Source: Candidatus Falkowbacteria bacterium (lineage in GTDB: Bacteria; Patescibacteriota; Patescibacteriia; CAIXNZ01). From it: a stretch of 64,000 nucleotides of DNA. The notes beneath the pieces are model-generated. The model saw only the letters and a list, made by a program, of their open reading frames with translations, made no database searches and was not told where the DNA came from. The translations under genes were made by a program, and so were the position numbers. How positions within the stretch are numbered: the stretch's first letter is position 1; the number at the start of each line of letters is the position of its first letter. The stretch covers positions 8,354 to 72,353 of the forward strand of contig CAVZGV010000006.1 of the NCBI GenBank assembly GCA_963774955.1. The letters are read 5' to 3'. Positions 52,915 through 60,501 of this stretch are shown piece after piece.

Positions 52915-54349
52915 CCTTACCCATTATTTTACTTTTGGCTTCTGGCGGCAGACCCATGCCCAGCAGATCACCTTTTATGGCGCGAAGCTGTTTTTCCATT
53001 TCCAATAATTCCTGAGCTTCAGCCTTGATCTCAGGTTCCTGAACTTTTATCAGTTCCTCGGCCACTAATTTTAAATCGTCCCGATCTTTCTTATCCTTGC
53101 ATTTATTCATAAATAAATGTTCAATGGCCTCGGTAATCACCTCTTTCATCCGGCCGACCTCATGAAATTTTCTGAGATAATCTTCAAACCTGACCGCGTC
53201 TCTTTGATCAAAAACGAATTTCTGTTCCTGTTTTTGACAAATTGATTTTTTTTCTAGCATTTCAATCCCCTTATAAACAAATTCACTAAATTTATCAGCC
53301 AGGTCAGCCAGCCATTCCTCTTGATAATATGCAGTCATCTTTTTATCTTCAAGTATCGGAGAAAGTGAAAGATAGCGCAAATTTTTCAGTTCCGGTTCTT
53401 GGGGCGTACAGCCGAAACTTAAAGCCACGCGCGATTTAAAAACATTTTTGGGCAATTTGCCAAGATTCTGATAATTCCAACGGGAAATCCATTCAGCTGA
53501 CAAGGGCACACGGCCTTTGAAATCGCCTCCGGGCGGATTAACCGTGGCAAAGAGCCGAAAATCTTTATGGCGAGGAATTACTTTTGAACCGTCTTCATGC
53601 AAAACCAGCTGGCCGCCTTTTTCCAAAACAGCATTTAAACGCACCAGAATCTGAGGTTCGCAGGTATTGACTTCATCCAATACAGACCAGGCTCCCTCCA
53701 GCATCTGTTTAGGTATATCGCCGTTTTGCCAGGCCCATTCGCTTTCCGAGACTTCAATGCCTTCCAACTCGGCAATCTGCTGCATTTCCTTCTTGGTTAA
53801 CCCGATTTTCTGTTTGGCAATGACTTTGGAGTCACTAGGATCGCTTTCTTTTAATTTACTGACATCAATATTCTCTATTTTTGTTTTAGCTTCGATCAAC
53901 TTTCTGGCTTCCTCACTGGTGCACTTTTCCGGATGTTTTAATAAAACGTTAATTTTGTCTTTCAAACCTTCTACCCTGGGAACCCATTTGCCGATCAGGT
54001 CGGTCACATCAGTCTGGCCATTTAAGGACATTCTGTAAACGGGTTTATTTAAAAGCATAGCCAGATATTCCACGGTAATGGTTTTACCAATAGCCTGTTC
54101 ACCCTCAATCATCAGCGGTGAATCCATTTCCACTGCTTTGGCAATATCCTGCAGTAATTTAAGAGAATAATCGTCCAAAGAAAAATCCTCAAAGCGTTCA
54201 GGCTTTGGCACTTTATCGGACGTTTCTCTGTTTTTGAACATCTCAATGCCCAGGATTTTGACCCGATTTTCAAACTCCTGGACCGGTTCTTTTGATTCCT
54301 CCTCAGGCGCTGCCCCCATGCCCGGGATATTCATGTCTGGTGATCTCAT
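52895..54349 (-). CDS. MoxR/CbbQ/midasin-type AAA+ ATPase (AAA_5-like)
   Basis: GEQAIGKT, LNGQTDVTDLIG, Walker B SVLDEVN, RLNAVLE, FRLFATVNP, SRW. Confidence 0.9.
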   Translation of the reverse strand: MRSPDMNIPGMGAAPEEESKEPVQEFENRVKILGIEMFKNRETSDKVPKPERFEDFSLDDYSLKLLQDIAKAVEMDSPLMIEGEQAIGKTITVEYLAMLLNKPVYRMSLNGQTDVTDLIGKWVPRVEGLKDKINVLLKHPEKCTSEEARKLIEAKTKIENIDVSKLKESDPSDSKVIAKQKIGLTKKEMQQIAELEGIEVSESEWAWQNGDIPKQMLEGAWSVLDEVNTCEPQILVRLNAVLEKGGQLVLHEDGSKVIPRHKDFRLFATVNPPGGDFKGRVPLSAEWISRWNYQNLGKLPKNVFKSRVALSFGCTPQEPELKNLRYLSLSPILEDKKMTAYYQEEWLADLADKFSEFVYKGIEMLEKKSICQKQEQKFVFDQRDAVRFEDYLRKFHEVGRMKEVITEAIEHLFMNKCKDKKDRDDLKLVAEELIKVQEPEIKAEAQELLEMEKQLRAIKGDLLGMGLPPEAKSKIMGKGEPKKK

Positions 54350-54418
54350 AATTTTAAAGTTAATTTTAATTTTTAATATTGTGTATACCGCTACGCGGCA
54401 TTAGTATTTATCAATTTG

Positions 54419-55192
54419 TTACTCGATTGATTCAAGCGGATTAATATATCTTGTCCATCTGCCGGTACCGTCACCATGATCAGCAAATTCTGCAATAACG
54501 GAAATAGTCCTCGGCTTTTTTTCGGTAAATTTCGACCTGTGGATTACTGTATTACTTGACGAACCTACACTGCCATAACGACCTTTCAAAAAATATTCAT
54601 ACTCAACTTCGGGCAAACCAACCTGTATCAGCTGTAAATGCAGTAAATTCCCTTTGGAATCAATAATTTTCTTGGTGGCAAAAAAGTGGGTATCTGTCAG
54701 GCCTTCAATATCTCCGATAATATCCCTGATTTCTTTTTCCGTAAATACTTTTGATGATTCTATTTCCGCTTTATTAGAATCAATAACTTCGGGTTTAAAA
54801 TCTTGCCATTTAGTAATTAATGATTTTTGGTTCAACAACATTTTTGCCCGGGTTTGACGATATGCAGGCCTAAGCCCATAATTTTTTTCATTATCGGCTA
54901 TGTTCATATCTATTAAATCCAATTGATTTTTGATAATCTCAGGGGTAATTTTATAACCGCTGTTATTTTCAAATTGAATAGTTTGCAATAGATTTAATAG
55001 TTGCTGGTAAATTTTAAAGGCATTTACTCCCCTGCCGGCTTGCTCCTCCGCCTTGGCCTCATCAATCATAGTCATGACTTTTTCCTTTTCTTCCGGCGTT
55101 AAATCCATTTCCTTAACCCGACCCAAAGTCTGGCGAGCCATTTCCAGGGCCTTAGATTCTGAACTTTTAGGTTGTAGTATTTCTTTGGGCAT
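54419..55192 (-). CDS. Array member 12: shared N-module plus type A domain
   Basis: LEMARQTLGRVKEMDLTPEE; DSKGNLLHL..VGLPEVEYEY. Confidence 0.85.
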   Translation of the reverse strand: MPKEILQPKSSESKALEMARQTLGRVKEMDLTPEEKEKVMTMIDEAKAEEQAGRGVNAFKIYQQLLNLLQTIQFENNSGYKITPEIIKNQLDLIDMNIADNEKNYGLRPAYRQTRAKMLLNQKSLITKWQDFKPEVIDSNKAEIESSKVFTEKEIRDIIGDIEGLTDTHFFATKKIIDSKGNLLHLQLIQVGLPEVEYEYFLKGRYGSVGSSSNTVIHRSKFTEKKPRTISVIAEFADHGDGTGRWTRYINPLESIE

Positions 55193-55213
55193 AAATTAAT
55201 TAACTTGGGAAAA

Positions 55214-55975
55214 TCAGTCTAAAATTTCCCACATATGCAATTTCATATTATATTTAGCCATTTCTCTGATCTGTCTCTTTCGTTTATCTTGAAGATTAAC
55301 TTCATATTTAATAATCACAGTATCAGTAACATCCTTCTTACCCTTAGTATCTTCAAATATTTCTGACAAATGGATCCGAAAACCGATCTCCGGTTTGCCC
55401 GCTACATGTAAATCCAAATATACCAAATGACCATCCTCATCCAAACCTTTATCATCTAAAAAAAGGGCGCCCTCGGGAAATTTTTCTTGATTTTTGATCA
55501 GATCCCAAATATCTTTTTCTTTTAACACCTCCGGAACATAATTATGTTGTTCTGCGGGAATGTATCTTGTTTTCATTTCAGTTGATTTTAAAACCTGCTT
55601 TCTCTGTGCCTGCAATGCATCAACTCTCTGTAAATTTTCCTCTTTAACCCCTGTAGAGGAAATAAGCATATTTGTTAATTTTATTGTTTGAGCGTCTATC
55701 AAACGTAATTGCCTTTTTGTAATTTCCGGGTCATCTATTATTTCACCTTTGTCTTTCGCCTTTAAATGTTCCAGATGTTTTCTTAATTCCAAATATAGAT
55801 TCAAGGCCTTACTTTTATTACCTGCCTTTTCCTCTGCTATAGCCTTATCAATCATAGCCATGACTTTTTCCTTTTCCTCAGGACTTAAATCCATTTCCTT
55901 GACCCGACCCAAAGTCTGGCGTGCCATTTCCATGGTCTTAGTTTTATTTTTCGGTTGTTCTAAACTTTTTTTCAT
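55214..55975 (-). CDS. Array member 13: shared N-module plus type A domain
   Basis: MEMARQTLGRVKEMDLSPEE; DEDGHLVYL..AGKPEI. Confidence 0.85.
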   Translation of the reverse strand: MKKSLEQPKNKTKTMEMARQTLGRVKEMDLSPEEKEKVMAMIDKAIAEEKAGNKSKALNLYLELRKHLEHLKAKDKGEIIDDPEITKRQLRLIDAQTIKLTNMLISSTGVKEENLQRVDALQAQRKQVLKSTEMKTRYIPAEQHNYVPEVLKEKDIWDLIKNQEKFPEGALFLDDKGLDEDGHLVYLDLHVAGKPEIGFRIHLSEIFEDTKGKKDVTDTVIIKYEVNLQDKRKRQIREMAKYNMKLHMWEILD

Positions 55976-55993
55976 AGACTTTAGACTTTTTAA

Positions 55994-56773
55994 CTATATT
56001 TCCGGTTCCCAAATATGTTTGTCTTCGTTATAACTTGCACTAACACCGACGGTTCTCCCGCCCCTTAATATATCCTTAAAATTTACGGTTTTACCCAGGA
56101 TTGTCCTTGGTTCTACAGAATTTCTTTTTGTATCGATTCGATATTTTGCTGCCAGAAAATACTCAAGCTCAATTTCTGGTTTGCCAACAACCCCTAAATT
56201 AAGATAAAGCAAATCACCTTCTTCATCCACGATTTTTTTATCCAAATAAAGATCCGCATCAGACAATTTTTCCCTTTTCTTAATTTCTTCCCAGACCTGT
56301 TTTTCAGTAAGTATTTCCAGCGCAGTTATTTCCACCTCGTTATTGGGCCGTATTTCCGTTTTTAATTTTCTCGCTTGAATTATCACATTTTTCTGGAGCT
56401 TCAAAGCGGCAAACATTTTATTCAAATATTCTAAATCCTTCATGCTTATTTTAGCGCTTGATATTTTATCACTAATCTCATTAATCCTCATATCAACCAG
56501 CAATAATTGCGTTCTGATCATCTCAAGATCATCCAACATTTCACCGGATAAAGCTAATTTAATATCGTCCAAATATTTTTTCAATACCTGATAAATATTT
56601 ATGGCCTGGCTCGGGTTCACCTTTTCAGCCGCCTTAGCCTGATCAATCATAGCCAGCACTTTTTCTTTTTGTTCAGCTGTCAAATCTATTTCCTTGACCC
56701 GACCCAAAGTCTGGCGGGCCATTTCCAGGGCCTGCGATTCGGAGTTCTTCGGTTGTGGCTTTTCTTTGGGCAT
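55994..56773 (-). CDS. Array member 14: shared N-module plus type A domain
   Basis: LEMARQTLGRVKEIDLTAEQ; DEEGDLLYLNLGVVGKPEI. Confidence 0.85.
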   Translation of the reverse strand: MPKEKPQPKNSESQALEMARQTLGRVKEIDLTAEQKEKVLAMIDQAKAAEKVNPSQAINIYQVLKKYLDDIKLALSGEMLDDLEMIRTQLLLVDMRINEISDKISSAKISMKDLEYLNKMFAALKLQKNVIIQARKLKTEIRPNNEVEITALEILTEKQVWEEIKKREKLSDADLYLDKKIVDEEGDLLYLNLGVVGKPEIELEYFLAAKYRIDTKRNSVEPRTILGKTVNFKDILRGGRTVGVSASYNEDKHIWEPEI

Positions 56774-56784
56774 AATATTCAGTT

Positions 56785-56923
56785 GGGCGAAAACGCCCTT
56801 TGTCTTTTGTCATTTCGAGCCCTTCGGTTTCACTCAGGGCAAGCTCCGCCGAGAAAGTATTCTTCCGCGGAGTTTACACTAAACGAAGTGAAGTGGTCGG
56901 TATGACAAAGAACGTTTTCGCCC
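56785..56923. repeat. GGGCGAAAACG hairpin, copy 3, enclosing a TGTCAT...ATGACA element with nested GAGCCCTTCG...CAGGGCAAGCTC
   Basis: Same outer stem, different insert. Confidence 0.8.
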
Positions 56924-56934
56924 TACAAACTTAA

Positions 56935-57684
56935 TTAAATGTCAATTATATCCCAATCCTTTTTAGACTCATCATATCTGGCAACTTGAACGCCATGCAC
57001 GGTACTCCCGGTTTCAGGATCCAATTCCAATCTGGCTAACCCTGTTTCCATTGAGGAACCAATATCCTTAAAACTGCCTGCCAAGATATAATTGTATTCC
57101 GTATCAGGTCGGCCGGCTATGCCAACGTTCAATGATAATAGCATGCCGTGTTCATCAACAGCTTTATGAATAATATATATTTTATCCCACTCCGGTCCCG
57201 GCAAACTTGCTAAAACACATATAAGCTCCAGAACATTAGCTTCTGTGGGTATGGTCTTAGCTTCAATTTTTACGTCTTTCTTCGGGACTATCTCTGTTTT
57301 ATCTTCAAGAGGCTGACGAATAATTTTTTTTTGGGACACCAAAACAGTAAATCGTGACTTTTTTGAATTTTCATCAATTTCCTCATTTGTCATTAAGTCA
57401 GCTATCGCCTGATCAACATATTCCAATTGTTTTTTTATTTTATTATGGTCAACATTTTTATCCTGTTCAATCCCCTGCAAAAATTTCTGCAATTGGATAT
57501 AAATTTTTAAGGCTCTGGCTTTATTGCCTGAATTTTCTTCAGCTTTAGCCTGGTCAATCAGGGCCATCATCTTTTCATGTTGCTCCGATGTCAAATCCAT
57601 TTCTTTCACCCGACCCAAAGTCTGCCTGGCCATTTCCAGGGTCTGTGTTTCTGAACTATTTGATTGTGGTTTTTCTTTGGGCAT
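56935..57684 (-). CDS. Array member 15 (first gene of the array): shared N-module plus type A domain
   Basis: LEMARQTLGRVKEMDLTSEQ; DEHGMLLSLNVGIAGRPDTEY. Confidence 0.85.
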   Translation of the reverse strand: MPKEKPQSNSSETQTLEMARQTLGRVKEMDLTSEQHEKMMALIDQAKAEENSGNKARALKIYIQLQKFLQGIEQDKNVDHNKIKKQLEYVDQAIADLMTNEEIDENSKKSRFTVLVSQKKIIRQPLEDKTEIVPKKDVKIEAKTIPTEANVLELICVLASLPGPEWDKIYIIHKAVDEHGMLLSLNVGIAGRPDTEYNYILAGSFKDIGSSMETGLARLELDPETGSTVHGVQVARYDESKKDWDIIDI

Positions 57685-57696
57685 AAATTGATTGCT

Positions 57697-57786
57697 AGGC
57701 GAAAACGGCTGGCGTCAGAGACGTTGGTCGGTAGAGACACGGTTAACCGTGTCTCTACCGTCCGTAAACAACAGCCGTTTTCGCCC
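57697..57786. repeat. GGCGAAAACGGCTG hairpin, copy 4, enclosing the perfect palindrome GTAGAGACACGGTTAACCGTGTCTCTAC
   Basis: Outer stem nearly identical to copy 1; palindrome at 57731-57758. Confidence 0.85.
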
Positions 57787-57902
57787 TGTTATAATATTAA
57801 AAAATTACCAACTTCCCCCTGAAATTAGTTATTTTAATAATGTGGATAACACTGATCAATCTATATTAATTTTATCATTTATTAGCCAAAAAAAGAAGGG
57901 GA

Positions 57903-58157
57903 TTACTCCCCCTCAATCTCTTTTAGTGCCCAACCGTCAATTTTGGCTGACCTTACATCAATTTTTAAATTATCTGCTAAGGTTCCTCGAGCCAGCATTT
58001 GCATATTAAAAGCCAGATTTTCTGAATTTATTTCTTCGCCATGTTCAATAACGCTTCCCAGCTCAACCGTAGCTCTGGTCACTTTAGAAAGCTTATTCTG
58101 CCTGGCATATTCCAGGACCAAATTTAAAATTTTATTGGCTTCGTGCAAATCGTGCAT
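57903..58157 (-). CDS. hypA: Short HypA-like hydrogenase nickel chaperone lacking the Zn-finger insert
   Basis: MHDL.., V..V.LG, L.F....GTLA....I, L..IE.E; no CxxC; hydrogenase context. Confidence 0.7.
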   Translation of the reverse strand: MHDLHEANKILNLVLEYARQNKLSKVTRATVELGSVIEHGEEINSENLAFNMQMLARGTLADNLKIDVRSAKIDGWALKEIEGE

Positions 58158-58158
58158 A

Positions 58159-59226
58159 TTAACGCTTGATTTTAAATCTTAAAATCTTAATTACGGTATA
58201 GTCATAAAGTAGCTGCGCGCACTTGGCCAGAAAATAGCTGGCAATTACACTCAACAAAAAAATTAAGCCGAAATTCAAATAATAATTTATATTTAACATA
58301 CTGCAGTAATAATAAACTGCCGAGACCAAAGCAAAATGAATCAGATAAACCCAAAGACTATTTTTCCCGAAAGAAATAAAAATCTTCTGCCAAACCGATT
58401 CTCTGAAAAATTTATCTTTAAAATAAAACAACAAATTAAAAACTGCCAAACCGTAAAATAAACGAACATTATAATACCATTCAGGCCGGAAGATCATAAA
58501 AATAATATAGAAGATTAAAATCGACAGCCACAAAGCCATTTCTTCCCTGTTTTTAGTATAATTAAAATATTTTTCACGGTTGCGCAGGCCATAACTGAAA
58601 AAGAAAATATACGGCAAAAAAGTCGGGATACCATTGAAAAATTGCAGCTCCATGAAATAATTGCTGACAAAACTTATCAAAAAGGTTACTAGCAGGAAAT
58701 ATTTTGATTTTTTATAAATATCCAGAATCGGATAGAAAAGATACAACTCAATTAAAACTATGATGAAATAATAAGGCGGGGCAATATGTCCGGTTATTAA
58801 ATTTAAATAAAAGTCCGTAAAATTCAGGCGTAAAATTAAAATATAAACAAGCGTGCATAAAACATAGGGCCAAAAAATTCTCCAGAGTTTACGCCGGTAA
58901 AAATCGATAAATTCTTTTTCTCCGTTTATCGGATTTAATAATATGCCCGAACAAACAAGAAAGGCCGGGATAGCAAACCTGGCCAAATTATTCACTATAA
59001 TAATAAAAGGTAAATTATTTACCGTGTAAGGATAAGTATAAAAAAAATAAGCCACATGTATCAAAATCACAGCAACAATTGCCAAGCCCTTGATAAAATC
59101 AAAAAAAACCAGCCGTTGGGTGATATTTTTTTCATTGACCGGACAATCAGCCGCAAAGTAAAGCTTGCGTAGCCAGGGCAAGGGTAAAATAAACAAAGCC
59201 AAGAATAACAGATTAATATATTCCAT
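58159..59226 (-). CDS. Acyltransferase family 3 membrane protein
   Basis: D.IKGLAI.AVILIH, RFAIP.F...SG, FY.RK..RI..PY, YF. Confidence 0.85.
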   Translation of the reverse strand: MEYINLLFLALFILPLPWLRKLYFAADCPVNEKNITQRLVFFDFIKGLAIVAVILIHVAYFFYTYPYTVNNLPFIIIVNNLARFAIPAFLVCSGILLNPINGEKEFIDFYRRKLWRIFWPYVLCTLVYILILRLNFTDFYLNLITGHIAPPYYFIIVLIELYLFYPILDIYKKSKYFLLVTFLISFVSNYFMELQFFNGIPTFLPYIFFFSYGLRNREKYFNYTKNREEMALWLSILIFYIIFMIFRPEWYYNVRLFYGLAVFNLLFYFKDKFFRESVWQKIFISFGKNSLWVYLIHFALVSAVYYYCSMLNINYYLNFGLIFLLSVIASYFLAKCAQLLYDYTVIKILRFKIKR

Positions 59227-59231
59227 AGACT

Positions 59232-59948
59232 TTAAAGGTTAGCGCACAAACCGCAGGCAATAATCGCGGCAGTTTCAGCTCGCAGGATGCGTTGGCCCAA
59301 GCTGACCAAGATTAAAGAATTTTGCCGGGCTAAATCAATTTCAAACTGAGAAAACCCGCCCTCCGGACCAATAAATAAATTAATTGTTTTTTCAGAATTT
59401 TGAGCCAGGACCTTGGCCAATGACAAGTCCTGCTCGTCTTCATGACAGATCAAATTCAGGCTACGCGGGTGCAAATTTTTAATTGCACCTTCGAAGTGAA
59501 CAGCCGGCTCAAATTTGGGCGGAATTTTACCGCCGCTTTGGATGGTCGCCTCTTCAATAATTTTTTTATAACGGCTGTCTTTATGGGGATTTAATTCCTT
59601 GATCACGCAATTTTCCGAAATAACCGGAATAATCCGCTTAACCCCGATTTCAGTAACTTTCTGACACAACCATTCCAATTTATCTTTTTTTAATAAAGAC
59701 TGATATAAATTAATTTCAGTTGCTAATTCACGGCCAATATTTAAACGGCTGACCAGGCTACATAAAACCTCCTTGCCTTTAATTTCCTTAATTCTAACTT
59801 CGTATTCCTCACCGTTAATGTCAAAAACCACAAAAACATCACCTATTCCGAAACGCAGAACTTTGGTGATTTTATTGACTGCTTCCTTGTCACTAATGAT
59901 AATATGTTGAGGATCTTCAATTGTAGTTTTAAGAAAAAAACGAAACAT
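59232..59948 (-). CDS. rsmE: 16S rRNA m3U1498 methyltransferase
   Basis: QKVTEIGV, EA..QS, FIGPEGGFS, LGQRILRAETA. Confidence 0.95.
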   Translation of the reverse strand: MFRFFLKTTIEDPQHIIISDKEAVNKITKVLRFGIGDVFVVFDINGEEYEVRIKEIKGKEVLCSLVSRLNIGRELATEINLYQSLLKKDKLEWLCQKVTEIGVKRIIPVISENCVIKELNPHKDSRYKKIIEEATIQSGGKIPPKFEPAVHFEGAIKNLHPRSLNLICHEDEQDLSLAKVLAQNSEKTINLFIGPEGGFSQFEIDLARQNSLILVSLGQRILRAETAAIIACGLCANL

Positions 59949-59997
59949 AGGGACTTAGAGTAAGAAGGTTAAGGAGAGTAAGAGGAGTAAGAAGGGG

Positions 59998-60381
59998 TTA
60001 CCTTTCAAATTGAGACTTTATCATTAAAGATTTAATTAACCTATCAAAAAGATAGTCAGTTCTTTTACAAAGATCATCTAATTCCACAAATTCTTCGTTA
60101 TTAATAAGGTTGTCCTCATAACAATCTTCAATATCTCCATGAAGTTCAGACAGACTAGGCCTGCTTATATTTCTCACATAATTAATATACTTTAGCAAAG
60201 AGGACTTATAACCTTCTTGTATATTTTGTTTAGTTGATCGAGCCGCATCATTCATTTGGCTGACACGTTTATACTCTGATTTAGGAAATTTTTTTGTAAT
60301 TTCATAAATTCTTTTTCTTAAAAGTTTGCAATTCTGCCAAACTATTAACTTTTTATAACCTTCATTATCCCTATATGTCAT
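59998..60381 (-). CDS. Four-helix bundle protein (23S rRNA IVP family)
   Basis: YKKLIVWQ, T.KFP..E, SQM..AARS...NI.EG, SL.EL. Confidence 0.85.
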   Translation of the reverse strand: MTYRDNEGYKKLIVWQNCKLLRKRIYEITKKFPKSEYKRVSQMNDAARSTKQNIQEGYKSSLLKYINYVRNISRPSLSELHGDIEDCYEDNLINNEEFVELDDLCKRTDYLFDRLIKSLMIKSQFER

Positions 60382-60501
60382 AAATTAAATTAATTAAAAT
60401 AAAACCATATTACACATCTTCCCGTCGCTACCCATCTTTCCCAAATTTCATAAAAACCCAACTTCCTCTTCTTCCTCATCTCTACCCATCTCTCCCTTCT
60501 C

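Noticed and set aside
50896-54349. Naming the pair cobS/cobT, norQ/norD or cbbQ/cbbO
   Set aside because: Only family-level motifs are shared, and no cognate client genes are nearby.
38393-57684. Prophage or classical polymorphic toxin-immunity locus
   Set aside because: No phage structural or integrase genes, no recognisable toxin catalytic motifs, and no alternating toxin/immunity pairs.
48776-57786. Integron attC sites
   Set aside because: The hairpins lack RYYYAAC/GTTRRRY ends, occur at only 4 of 15 genes, and no tyrosine integrase is in the window.
38393-60381. Diversity-generating retroelement driving the array (four-helix protein as Avd)
   Set aside because: No reverse transcriptase and no TR/VR pair differing at adenines is visible in the window; variation is whole-domain.
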